Below the pieces are notes generated by a model. The model saw nothing but the letters and a program-made list of their open reading frames with translations. It made no database searches and was not told the origin of the DNA. The translations under genes were made by a program, and so were the position numbers. Below are positions 1-12,049 of a DNA stretch of 64,000 nt, one piece after another. The stretch comes from Chiloscyllium plagiosum (Eukaryota), in NCBI RefSeq assembly GCF_004010195.1, contig NC_057718.1:65422287-65486286 (forward strand), written 5' to 3'. Each line of letters begins with the position of its first letter. Position 1 is the stretch's first letter.

Positions 1-33
1 TCCTGAAGAAGGGCTTATGCCCGAAACGTCGAT
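1..33 (+). ncRNA. Minimal type I hammerhead ribozyme motif (family A)
   Basis: CTGAAGA 3-9, extra A, stem II GGGC-TTAT-GCCC, GAAA 23-26, palindromic ACGT, predicted cleavage after GTC (C30). Confidence 0.75.
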
Positions 34-78
34 TCTCCTGTTCCCTGGATGCTGCCTTTTCCAGCAACACATTTTCAC
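1..78 (+). mobile_element. Penelope-like family A 3' end fragment containing a hammerhead motif
   Basis: Same sequence as the 3' ends of the GIY-YIG-bearing copies at 14.4, 18.8 and 20.7 kb; has an internal deletion and stops at the tail boundary (acattttca). Confidence 0.8.
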
Positions 79-80
79 CA

Positions 81-389
81 CCTTCAGCATATTGTCTAGC
101 TATCGCCATTGTTAACAGCTAACCCGAGAATGCAACTTTAAAAAAAAGGGTTTTGTGATTTACACATGAAAGAAGTGAAATTATCACTGTATTCTAACAG
201 ATGAAAGGCTTAACAGACAATCAATTTTTCAATGTATAATTTCAGTTACATCACACTGCAAATTTTTGCTATAAATTCTGTGTTACGATCGAGCCCTCCA
301 CTATCACCTGATGAAGGAGCGTCGCTCCGAAAGCTAGTGTGCTTCCAATTAAACCTGTTGGACTATAATCTGGTGTTGTGTGATTTTTA
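81..389 (+). mobile_element. Penelope-like family B 3' UTR fragment without tail
   Basis: Reverse complement of about 4497-4802; ends at gatttttaa, the same point as the short arm at 4497. Confidence 0.8.
305..339 (+). ncRNA. Minimal type I hammerhead ribozyme motif (family B)
   Basis: Stem I CAC/GTG, CTGATGA 308-314, extra A, stem II GGAGC-GTC-GCTCC, GAAA 329-332, palindromic AGCT, predicted cleavage after CTA (A336). Confidence 0.78.
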
Positions 390-391
390 AC

Positions 392-1250
392 AATGTAATA
401 TCTCTACACAGTCATGCTCCCATTCAATGTCACCACTCTCCCCCCAATCGCTAATCGTCTAATATAGGATTCTTTTGTATTCTTGACTTGATCCTCAATA
501 TCTTTATTTATCTAATGTTCTCTAATCCTACCAGTCATACCTTTCACTCTAATTGGAACATAATGACTCTGAATTCTCATTATCACACTTTTGAAAGCTT
601 CCCACTTATCAGATGTCCCTTTCCCTGCAAAGGATCTACTCCAATTAATTTTGAGTTTTTTTGTCTCATACCATTAAACTTGCCTTACTTCAATTAAAAA
701 CTTTAAATTTTTAATGGAAGTTTTATCTTTTTCCATGAATATTTTAGAACAAACAAAATTGTGATCACTGGACCCAAAATGTTCACTTTCGACCACTTCA
801 GTCACTTGCCCTGCCTTATTATGCAACAGTGGGTTAAGTTTTGCTCCTTCACTTACATATTGATAAAGAAAATTTTCTTGAACACATTTAACAAATTCTT
901 CACTGTGCAAACATATAATGCTATGGTAGTTGTCAATGTTTGGAAACTTAAACTCCACTATTATTACAGCCTTATTCTTCTCACATATATCTGAGATCTC
1001 TCTCCATACTATTTTCCTCAATTTCTCTCTGACTACTGAGGGCCCTATAGTACAGTCCCATCAAGGTGATCTTTCCTTTTTTATTTGTAATTTCAACCTA
1101 TACATTTTCACTGGGATGATTTCTCAGAAATGTCTTCTCTAGTTACAGCAGGAACGTTCTCCTTAATTAAAAACACCACTCTCACTCTTGTTCTCCCCCT
1201 TTTTCTATCCTTCCTATACCATCGCAAAAACAGAACATTAAGCTACCAAT
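392..1250 (-). mobile_element. Decayed CR1 LINE ORF2 endonuclease region
   Basis: ORF 674-1021 (FKFPNID, EEFVKCVQENFLYQYV, EHFGSSDHN) resembles the CR1 APE domain of the 34 kb copy. Confidence 0.85.
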
Positions 1251-1542
1251 CGTATGACAATGTGGAAGTGTAGATCCATGATTCTTTACTTGAAGTAACC
1301 GAAATTACTGTGGCAGTTTGTTGTTCTCCTGTACTGCACCATTAGAAGCATTATCTGAGCTTTTTATGTGATTCCAGACATTTTGATTTCCAATCTCAGT
1401 TTCAGTCCAAGTTTTCTTTGAACCTGGAAGGGTCAATTTCCCTTTCCTGTTTCTTTTCTCTATTTTGGGTATTTCTCAAATTTTTATTCAAGGATTCTGC
1501 TACAATTGCTTTGTTGACCTGCTTTTGCTAACTCTTGACCTG

Positions 1543-1703
1543 TATCCTGAGATCCCTTTTCTATCCAACTTAGTTGCTTAATTTATAATTTATATGTAAA
1601 TGTTCAAATCGGGCTAGTTCTTCATATACTAGCTCGATATGAAAATTGACTTACACATCAAAAATTAAGCAACTAAGTTGGATAGAAAAGGGATCTCAGG
1701 ATA
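1543..1703. repeat. Perfect 42-bp inverted repeat around an imperfectly palindromic 77-bp spacer
   Basis: 1543-1584 is the exact reverse complement of 1662-1703; inner hairpin atcgggctagt/actagctcgat. Confidence 0.95.
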
Positions 1704-2533
1704 GAGAAATTGAGCAACTTACACTTGCCCAAAACTTTCTATGGGTTCAAAATTGGCAATTTACTGTTATTTAAACATCTACTGTAGGACTGTATAGATA
1801 AAAACTAGATAGCAACTGTGGAACTTCTTAACCAATTAGATTGAAGAATCATTAATGACATGAACAGATTGGAACCATGAAGTGTAAATTAGAAAAGTGC
1901 AATCACTCTCAAATTAGATTTAGCAACTTAATAATGAAATTGGATTGAGAGAAAAAGTTTCAAAGACAAAGAAGAAGTTATAAAACGATACTCACTAATA
2001 ATAATTACGTGCTGAACATAAAGAATCCCACATTGTAAAACTTAATTTTTAGTTCCAAAGAGAAAACTAAGACTTTGATACATGGTTAGAAAGGTACTTT
2101 GCCTGGTATTGCGATGCAACTATTTATGATGTGTTTAGTCTGCACCTACAATTTCAGAACAGGAATTTGACATTGGTCAATTGTGGACCCAATCGAGATA
2201 TTTGGACACCATATTTCAGATTTTGTTGTTTTACCATGTTTACACTTCCTGAAAGATATGCACATAATGAACTCCAAGTGCTGTATTGTCATGTTTGTGT
2301 TCAAAGTAACATTAAATTCATTGTGTTATATTTTTTGTTTCATTTGTCAATTTTTGTCTCTTTTCTTCCATTTCTGAAGGTACAAGGTATTCATTCTGGA
2401 ATCCAGTCATGGAATTCCCTCCTAAAACTTCTCTGCTGTTCCATCTCTCTTTCTGGTCCTTAAAAGCTATCACTTTGACTTAGTTTTTTGGCATCTATCC
2501 CAATATCTTTCTTTGTGACCTGGTGTCAAATCT

Positions 2534-2852
2534 TTAGATTAGATTAGATTACATTACAGTGTGGAAACAGGCCCTTCGGCCCAACAAGTCCACACCGACC
2601 CGCCGAAGCGCAACCCACCCACACCCCTATATTTACCCCTATACCTAACACTACGGGCAATTTAGCATGGCCAATTCACCTGACCTGCACATCTTTGGGC
2701 TGTGGGAGGAAACCAGAGCACCCGGAGGAAACCCACGCAGACACGGGGAGAATGTGCAAACTCCACACAGTCAGTGACCTGATGCGGGAATTGAACCCGG
2801 GTCTCTGGTGCTGTGAGGCAGCAGTGCTAACCACTGTGCCACTGTGCTGCCC
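2534..2852 (-). mobile_element. HE1-like tRNA-derived SINE
   Basis: Minus-strand box A (TGGCACAGTGG) and box B (GGTTCAATTCC), V-SINE-like core, (AATCT)n tail. Confidence 0.92.
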
Positions 2853-4546
2853 CCAAACAAGTATATCTTGTTTGATATACTCCTATATGAAGCACCGTGG
2901 GATGTTTTACAATGACAAAATGTTACATAATGGAAATTGTGTGTTTACCCACCAGCAACCTTCCCGCACATCGGTCAAGTAATTATTTTTCATATACAGT
3001 GTGAACCTAAACAACAAGTGTTGATAGGTTTTTTTTGCCTTAAGTGAACAACAGTTGCATCTGAGTTGGTCTTTGTACATTACTTAACCGAAGCATTTTC
3101 TGGCCTGGGTAACAAACAAAAACAGCACAGCTGTCTGTTATTTGCCTCGTTGCCTCAAGCACTTGAACCCTTTTACTCTTAACATATGCATACACACACA
3201 TATACAGAGACTTACAATGTAGAACGGGATTTAAATCTATGGTCAGTAAGTGAACATACTGCTGTGTGTATCATATCAGAAGATTCCATTTGAAGTCTTG
3301 ATTTGAATCTACCAATCCCTTGATCCATGAAAGCGATTTTGTAGGTGGAGTATGGGTCATAGAATTCATTGCTTTTTTTTTCTGCTGAACTGCCAACCCC
3401 TGATCTTGTAATTGCTTAACATGTGGAAGACAAATCCTTGGGTTCATTAATGGCCACTTAAAGATCATAATTTTTCAGCAAGCGAAAGGAGAATGCTGAT
3501 GACAGAGAGAGACCTTCCTTGCTTGGACCTCAGGTGGGAAAGTGGGTGTGCATCCCATTTGGCCCTCTTTTCTGATAGAAGGCTGCCCTAACGTCTCTCC
3601 GCACCTCCATATCCTGCCCCCAGACATCTCTCCTAGGCTTGTTGCTGGCCTGTGGATCTCAGGTCTCTATGTTCCTAAGCTCTCCAGCCAAGCCTCCTGT
3701 CATTGTCCTAGCAATGGCATCCAGAATGGCACTGATCACAGCTGAGAATTATCAGCCAATCAGATTTGCTGGCAGCTATCAAACAGGGCTTCCTGCACAG
3801 ATGAAGTCTTGTTTTTTTTCTCAAGCCAATTTTATAGAATCCCCACAATTGATGCCCCTTAGAGCAAGTCTCATAGATTGTTGCCTGTGGTCTATTCTGC
3901 ACTGCTTGATTTCAATCAAAACTGTAGCCAGGTCATTAGGACCATAGAAGACCCTTAAGCTTTCTCTATCTCGGAAATCTATTGCAGCAGAAATGGACCT
4001 CCAGTTTCATTTACCTATCTCAGTTCCGTGTCACTTGATACCCTTACTGATTACAAAAAAAAACTGTCAATTTTAATATTAAAACTCCAAACATTCACAA
4101 GTTTTTTTGGGGAAAGAATTACAGAATTTCTCCAGCTTTTGTGAAAAGGAGGTATCTCTGATGTCCATCCTAAATGACCTAGCTCTAATTTTGTGATCAT
4201 GTGCCCTTGTTCACAATTTCCAAAGAAAGAAAACTGATTCACTGGGATGATTGGTTTGGGTTGGAGGCAGTCCTGGTAAATCCAGTATTTGGAAAGTGTC
4301 AAAGGTTCCTGTATTAGATTTTCAAAAAGGTGGGCTAAGGATATGGGAGTATGTCATGAGATGAAACCTGCTACCCACACAGCTTCAACTAGTTGCTTGT
4401 TGAGCTAGTTGCATAGATGGTTAGATGTTCTGGGAACAAACTATTCACAACTTTCAAATGGCCAACACAGGGAACACAGAGTGTCTAGAACATTATTAAA
4501 AATCACACAATACCAGGTTATAGTCCAACAGGTTTAATTGGAAGCA

Positions 4547-4581
4547 CACTAGCTTTCGGAGCGACGCTCCTTCATCAGGTG
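4547..4581 (-). ncRNA. Hammerhead motif (family B), left arm
   Basis: Reverse complement of the motif at 305-339. Confidence 0.75.
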
Positions 4582-4974
4582 ATAGTGGAGGGCTCGATCG
4601 TAACACAGAATTTATAGCAAAAATTTGCAGTGTGATGTAACTGAAATACATTGGAAAATTGATTGTCTGTTAAGCCTTTCATCTGTTAGAATACAGTGAT
4701 AGTTTCACTTCTTTCATGTGTAAATCACAAAACCTTTTTTTAAAAGTTGCATTCTCGGGTTAGCTGTTAACAATGGCGATAGCTAGACAATATGTTGAAG
4801 GTGTTAGCCCCCTGTGTTCTCTGTCCTGATGTTTAGATTGATTCTAATCTAAAAGGTGAGATAATAGTTTTACATAAATTCATGCAGTTTTTGAGCTCAG
4901 AATTCTAAATGAATGTATGCAGTTTTTGAGCAAATTGCAATGTAACTCTGCAAGTACAAATTCACCCCACAAAA

Positions 4975-5205
4975 TATATGTGTGCATGTGGGTCATTGTC
5001 TATCTGCGTGTGTGTGTGTCTGTCTGGGGTGGGAGTTGTGAGTGTGAAAAAGTGTGTGTGTGTAGTGAGTGCAGAGTGTCTTAAGTCTGTGAGGGGGTGC
5101 ATGTGTGAGTGTGGGAGTGTGTGTGTCTATAAAGGTGTGTGTGTGTCTCTGTGTGCGCGTCTGTGTGTACCTGTGTCCGTGTGTATGTGAGAGTGTGTGT
5201 ATGTA
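4975..5205. repeat. Degenerate (GT)n tract in the family B 3' UTR
   Basis: GT-rich low-complexity sequence between the ORF stop and the ribozyme. Confidence 0.9.
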
Positions 5206-5489
5206 GTGCATTGGTGATCACCTGTAATGTGACATGAACCCAAGGTCCCGGTTGAGGCCCTCCCTAAGGGTACCGAACTTAGCTATCAGCTTCTGCTCGG
5301 CCACTTTCCTCTGCTGCCTGTCCCGAAGTCCACCTTGGAGGATTGTCATCCGAAGGTCCGAGGCTGAATGTCCTGGACCACTGAAGTGTTCCCCAATAGT
5401 GGTCCACGACATTCAGCCTCGGACCTTCGGGTGACCATCCTCCAAGGTGGACTTCGGGACAGGCAGCAGAGGAAAGTGGCCGAGCAGAG

Positions 5490-5987
5490 NNNNNNNNNNN
5501 NNNNNNNNNNNNNNNNNNNNNNNNNNNNNNNNNNNNNNNNNNNNNNNNNNNNNNNNNNNNNNNNNNNNNNNNNNNNNNNNNNNNNNNNNNNNNNNNNNNN
5601 NNNNNNNNNNNNNNNNNNNNNNNNNNNNNNNNNNNNNNNNNNNNNNNNNNNNNNNNNNNNNNNNNNNNNNNNNNNNNNNNNNNNNNNNNNNNNNNNNNNN
5701 NNNNNNNNNNNNNNNNNNNNNNNNNNNNNNNNNNNNNNNNNNNNNNNNNNNNNNNNNNNNNNNNNNNNNNNNNNNNNNNNNNNNNNNNNNNNNNNNNNNN
5801 NNNNNNNNNNNNNNNNNNNNNNNNNNNNNNNNNNNNNNNNNNNNNNNNNNNNNNNNNNNNNNNNNNNNNNNNNNNNNNNNNNNNNNNNNNNNNNNNNNNN
5901 NNNNNNNNNNNNNNNNNNNNNNNNNNNNNNNNNNNNNNNNNNNNNNNNNNNNNNNNNNNNNNNNNNNNNNNNNNNNNNNNNNNNNNN
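5490..5987. other. Assembly gap
   Basis: Run of N. Confidence 1.
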
Positions 5988-6027
5988 TTTGCTATAAATT
6001 CTGTGTTATGATCGAGCCCTCCACTAC

Positions 6028-6062
6028 CACCTGATGAAGGAGCGTCGCTCCGAAAGCTAGTG
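6028..6062 (+). ncRNA. Hammerhead motif (family B), right arm
   Basis: CAC-CTGATGA-A-GGAGC-GTC-GCTCC-GAAAGCTA-GTG. Confidence 0.75.
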
Positions 6063-6705
6063 TGCTTCCAATTAAACCTGTTGGACTATAACCTGGTGTT
6101 GTGTGATTTCTAACTTTGTACACCCCAGTCCAACACCGGCATGTCCAAATCATGTCTAGAACATGTTTCAGTCCAGCTGCTAGAAATGCAACAAGGAGTC
6201 ATTAATGCTCATGATTACTGTGTGAAAATGTGATACAATAGGATGTGAAATTCACAAAGTTATGTAGGGCACAGTCATCACTGCAGATCCTGAGAGGCTT
6301 GATTTTGTAAGGAGACAGTGTTAGACTCTTCAAAGGAATGGGTGGCTGCTAACCTCTGAAGCTTTCTCTAGCTATATCTGCTTGGTCAATTTGGTTTAGC
6401 TCTCCCTTCAGGGAGAAGCTAACCATCCTGTCAGCCACACGCTCGATCAGAGTATCAAGAAATACATCAGCAAAATGTGTCCTTCTTTGAGGATTGCTGT
6501 CCTAAATCCCCCTCCCCCCCAGCTCTATGTTTGCTTAGTCCATCCATTTGCAAAGGCAACAGCAAGCCCAGTCATGAGTGCCATTCAAATAACCCATTTT
6601 TTTTCCTAGTTCCCATCTCGTGCTCATGCCTGACTCCCTCATTTGGGCACCAAACCCGCCTTCAGGTCAATTTGTAACTGCAGTTTTGAAAACTGTGCAC
6701 ACTGA

Positions 6706-9106
6706 CATAGAGTCATAGAGACATAGAGATGTACAGCACAGAAACAAATCCTTTAGTCCAACTTGTCCATGCCAACCAGCTATCCCAACCTAATCTAGTC
6801 CCATTTGCCAGCACTTGGCCCATATCCCTCTAAATCCTTTCTATTCATGTACCCATCCAGATGCCTTTTAGATATTGTAATTGTGCCAGCCTCCACTACT
6901 TCCTGTGCAGCTCATTCCAAACACGCACCACCCTCTGCATGAAAACGTTGCCCCGTAGGTCCCTTTTAAATTTTTCCCCTCTCACCTTAAACCTATGTCC
7001 TCTAGTTCTGGACTCCCACGCCCCAGGGAAAAGACCTTGTTTATTTTCCCTATCCATGCCCCTCATGATTTTATAAACCTCTATAAGGTCACTATTCAGC
7101 CTCCAATGCTCCAGGGAAAATAGTCCCAACCTATTCAGCCTCTTCCTATAGCTCAAATCCTACAATCCTGGCAATATGCTTGTAAATCTTTTCTGAACCC
7201 TTTCAAGTTTCACAACATCTTTCCAATAGGAAAGAGACCAGAAGGTGTACACAACATTCCAAAAGTGGCCTAACCAATGTACTGTACAGCTACAACATGA
7301 CTTCCCAACTCCTGTACTCAATTCTCTGACCAATAAAGGAAAGCATACCAAACACCTTCTTTACTATCCTATCCACTTGCAATTCCACTTTCAAACAACT
7401 ATGATCTTGCGCTCCAAGGTCTCTTTGTTCAGCAACATTCCCTAGGACCTTACCATTAAGTGTGTAAGTCCTGCTAAGATTTGGTTTTCTAAAATGCAGC
7501 ACCTCGCATTTATCTAAATTGCACTCCATCTGCCACTCCGCAGCTCATTGGCTCATCTGATCAAGTTCCAGCAATAAAGTTTCATCTGATCAAGATCCCA
7601 TTGTACGCTGAGGTAACCTACTTCACTGTCTACTACACCTCCAATTTTGATGTTACCTCCAAACTTACTAACTAGACCTCCTATGTTCACATCCCAATCA
7701 TTTATATAAATGAAGAAAAGTAGTGGACCCAGCACCGATCCTTATGGCACAGCAGTGGTCACAGACCTCCAGTTTGGAAAGCAACCCTCCAGCACCACCC
7801 TGTCTTCTACCTTCAAGCCAGTTCTATATCAAAATGGCTAGTTCTCCCTGTATTCCAAGAGATCTAACTTTGTCGAACGCCTTACTGAAGTCCATATAGA
7901 TCACATCCATCGCTTTGGCCTCATCAATTCTCTTTGTTACTTCTTCATAAAACTCAATCAAGTTTGTGAGACATGATTTCTCATGCACAAAGTCATGCTG
8001 ACTATCCCTTGTCGGTCCTTGCCTTTCCAAATACATGTACATCCTGTCCCTCAGGATTCCCTCCAACAACCTGCTCACCACCAATGTCAGACTCACCAGT
8101 CTATAGTTCCCTGGCTTTTCCTTACCACCTTTCTTAAATATTGGCACTATATTTGCCGACCTCCAGTCTTCTGGCACCTCACCTGTGACTATCGATGATA
8201 CAAATATCTCAGCAAGAGGCCCAACAATTACTTCCCCAGCTTCCCACAGAATTCTAGAGTACACCTGATCAGGTCCTGGGGATTTATCCACTTTTATGCG
8301 TTTCAAGACATCTAGCACATCCTCCTCTGTAATATTGACATTTTTCAAGATGTAACCATCCATTTCTCCACATACTATATCTTCCACGTCCTTATCTACA
8401 GTAAACACTGATGCAAAATACTTGTTTAGTATCTTCTACGGTTCCACACAAAGGCCGCCTTGCTGATCTTTGAGGGTCCCTGTTCTATCCTTAGTTACCC
8501 TTTTGTTCTTAATATATTTTGTAAAATCCCTTTGTATTCTCTTTAACCCTATTTGCCAAAGCTATCTCATGTCCCCTTTTTATCCTCCTGATTTCCCTTT
8601 TAAGTATACTACTACTGCCTTTACACTGTAAGGATTCACTTAATCTATCTTGTCTGTACCTGACATATGTTTCCTTCCTTTTCTTAACCAAAATCTCAAT
8701 TTCTCTAGTCATCCAGCATTCCCTACACCTACCAGCCTTTCCTTTTGCCCTAACAGCAAGATACTATCTCTGGACTCTCATTATCTCATTTTTGTAGGTT
8801 TCCCATTTTCCAGCCATCCCTTTACTTGCAAATATCTGCGCCCAATCAGCTTTTGAAAGTTCTTGCCTAATACCATCAAAATTGGCCTTCCTCCAAGTTA
8901 GAACTTCAACTTTTCGATCTCGTCTATCCTTTTCCATTGATATTTTAAAACTAATAGAATTATGGTCTCTGGCCCCAAAGTGCTCCCCCACTGACACCTC
9001 AGTCACCTGTTCTGCCTTACCTCCCAAGAGTAGGTCAAGATTTGCACCTTCTCTATTAGATACATCCACATATTGAATCAGAAAATTTTATTGTACACAT
9101 TTAAAT
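6706..9106 (-). mobile_element. CR1/HER1 LINE, 5'-truncated ORF2 with frameshifts
   Basis: Peptides KSPGPDQVY, GNYRLVSLT, KSCLTNLIEF, YMDFSKAFDK, VVKLERVQKRFT; (CTCTATGA)-type 3' repeat at 6706. Confidence 0.95.
7566..7581 (+). mobile_element. 16-19 nt Penelope-like family A micro-insertion inside CR1
   Basis: ttccagcaataaagtt(tca) matches the right arm of the 28.3 kb element; flanked by duplicated tcatctgatcaag at 7553-7565 and 7582-7594. Confidence 0.75.
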
Positions 9107-9159
9107 TCCAGGTTGGAAGCCCAACCATGAATGAGCATTCACCCCATTGTATCGACCCT

Positions 9160-10215
9160 GGATTTGATTTGATTTATTGTAGTCACATGTACCTAAGTAC
9201 AGTGAAAAGCCTTGTTTTGGGAGCAGTCCAGGCAGATCAAATCAAACGAGGACATACAGATCGTAGAGTGCTTACACAGAGCAAGACATTCAACTACACA
9301 GGAGGTGCGCAAATTAAGATCAACATTAGCAGGATCAATATTATTTGAGGTTAGAGAGTGCATTCAGCAGTCAAATAATGGCAGGGAAGAAGCTGTTCTT
9401 GAGCCTCTTTGTGCATGTGTTCAAACTTCTGTATCTTCTGCTTGATGGAAGAGGTTGTTGGAGAGCATTACTGGGATGGGAGGGGTCTTTGATGACATTG
9501 CCGCGAAAAGGTTGCCAATGAAACATGTAAATGGAGTCCATTGATGGGAGGTTGACTTTCATGATGGTCTAGGCTATGCCCACAATCTTCTGTAGTTTCT
9601 TCCGATCCTGGACAGAGCACCTGGATAGTATGCTTTCTATGATGCATTTGTAAAAGTTGGTGAGCATCCTTTTGGACATGCTGAATTTCCTAAGCTGCTT
9701 GAGGAAGCAGTGGCATTGTTGTGTCTTCTTGACCATCGCACCTGCATGGAAAGTCCAGGACAGGTTTCAGTTATCATCCTAGGAATTTGATGCTCTCGAC
9801 CCTCTCCACCTCAGTTCTGCTGATGTAGATAGGGGTATGTCGTCCTCCTTTCTTCCTGAAGTCAATGATCAGTTCTTTTATTTTGCCAACATTGACAAAG
9901 AGGTTGTTATTATTGCACCAAAACACCAAGCCCTCTTTCTCTTTTCTGTATTCTGACTTATCATTGTTTGATATCCGTCCGACCACAGTGGTGTCACAGC
10001 AAACTTGTAGATGGTGTTCATTTGGAATTTGACTACACTGTTGTGGGTGCACAGTGAGTACAGTAGAGAGCTGAGAATTCATCCTTAGAGTGGTCTAGTA
10101 TTGTGGGTTATCATGAAGGAGGTGCTGTTGTCTATCTTCACTGTTTGTGGTGTATGGGTCAGGAAGCTGAGGATCCAATTGCAGAGGGCTGACCAGAGGC
10201 CTAGGTCTCAGAGTT
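9160..10215 (-). mobile_element. Rex1/Babar-type LINE 3' part
   Basis: DTTVVGRISNND.SEYR, ELIIDFRKK, KDPSHP, LPSSRRYRSL..KRLKNSFFP motifs; tail caataaatcaaatcaaatc. Confidence 0.85.
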
Positions 10216-10659
10216 CGGTTGAATCCTTTCAACATTTTAATTGCCTCAATCAGATCGTGCCTCAATTATCTATAATCAAAGGAATGCATGGAAAGTTTCT
10301 GACACCTACCCTCAATATTTAAGTCTTCATATCTTCCCCAAGACCAATATGTTCTTCCGGACATGTGATACCTGAGACTAAGCACAATCCTCCAAGGCTT
10401 ATGGAAGTGAGAGTTAGTTTTGTTTCTCTTCATCACTATATAGATACTCTGACTGGAGAGCCTGTGGGAAGCGTGGGGTATGGCTATGAAATCCTTTTAC
10501 AGTTTGACTCACACAGGCAGAGTATGCAGTTGGACAAGAAACTGAATGCTTGAACACTGATGCCTGTGGAATTAGATGTCAACAGGAATAAAAACCTTTG
10601 GGAGAAGAGGGAAGAAAATTATAAATTAAATCTGGCACCTTCAAGGTTTGAATGACACA

Positions 10660-10915
10660 ATGACATGTGAGCTAGTGCATTCAGTTGCAACAATCTTCAG
10701 CCAGAAGTGCTGAGTGGATGATCCATCTTTCCCTTTATTACAAATACCAGTCTTCAGCCAACTTGAATCCATGTGGTACCAAAAAACAGTTGAAGGCTCT
10801 GGATATTGCAAAGGCCAAGGACCCTGAAAACAGACTGGTAATATACTGAAGCCTTTAACTCAAGAGCATGCCTTTCCCCTAGCCAAACTGTTCCAGAGCA
10901 GCTACAACACTCGCA
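10660..10915 (+). mobile_element. Old non-LTR (CR1/L2-group) ORF2 fragment
   Basis: Degenerate coding for AKAKGP...PLAKLFQ.SYNT, typical of the pre-RT region. Confidence 0.55.
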
Positions 10916-11513
10916 TTCTTTAATTCATGATCTTATCGAACTGAAAATGTAGGAATCCATGGAATTTTCCATTCTTGCACATCTTTCAACATCTTTGCAC
11001 TTAGCATGTACTCCTAGTTGATGCTTCATTTCACAAAAACAACTTGTACTTCCTTGGATTAGCTTTGATTCCCATTTCTATTAGCCTTTCCATCTTCTTC
11101 TGACCTTCAAAGTTTCTTTCATCAATATTTGCAACTATTATGTGCACTTTGTTGGCTTGATCCAAATGATCAATGTTCTCAAAAACAAATGTCTTCGACA
11201 TTGGGGTATTCATTTCCAATGTTTTCCTAATCTGACCAATCTTTACTGGCCCTCACCTTTTCTTAGACAATTTGTCAATACAGTGATAAGTATTTTTTGT
11301 CACATACAGGATTGTATTTTATATAAACCTGGAAATTCTGCACTATATCCTGCATAATCATCTTAACAAAACAAAATTCTGATCTCAAATTATGCCTCAA
11401 AAACTTGTGGCACTAAGGAGTTAGAATCCTTCTTTACTTGTTCAACTCAATTGAAATAGATGTTAAGGCTAATTGTAATATTCCTCCTGTTACTTTGCTG
11501 GAGATCAGCTCAT

Positions 11514-11865
11514 GAATAAATCAACAGAAAACCAGTAGGTTTGACAGCAATTGTGGAGAAGAAACCAGTTACTGTTTAAGTTCTGGTATGACTGAAGGTG
11601 CTGGAAAGGTGATGGGTTTTATGCTGTTGAAACAGTGTGTGGTGATAAAATTGGAACAGATGGTAAAGGTACACAGAGTAGAAAGCAAAGGACATGCTAA
11701 GCAGAGAAGCATAAAACCCATTACTTTTCCACCTTGCCTTCACTTCCAAAAATGTGTTATATTGGATTCAAAGCATCCTCTCTCCACAGCTGCTTCCAAA
11801 TCTGGTGGGTTTCTCCAACACTTTTAGTATTCATTTCAGATCTCAATCATCTGCAATACGTTCCC
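11514..11865. mobile_element. Very decayed Penelope-like family D palindromic remnant
   Basis: ctctctccacagctgc...tttctccaaca...catctgca resembles 47080-47160; an inverted counterpart lies to the left. Confidence 0.45.
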
Positions 11866-12049
11866 TTTATATTAAAGTACAGATCACATTTGTCCCAACC
11901 AGGTTTCTTCAACACTGCACCACAAAACCATTAATAGAGCATAAATCACCTTCCGCTTCTGGGGCTGGTACACCCAACTCCAGTCCAAAAAATTCCACAT
12001 ATCCTTCAAGGTGAAACATTTAACAACAATCTACCCACCCCAGTAATGA

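Larger units (their letters stand above)
4494..6152. mobile_element. Penelope-like family B head-to-head palindromic insertion spanning a gap
   Basis: Left arm (-) about 4497-5382, right arm (+) 5398-6152; GIY-YIG C-terminal peptide GEHFSGPGHS...EQKLIAKFGT..GLN; TSD tgtctagaacat at 4482-4493 and 6153-6164. Confidence 0.88.

Noticed and set aside
5368..6034. Long ORFs in the ORF track
   Set aside because: Artefacts of reading through N runs; the same applies to 23354-23993
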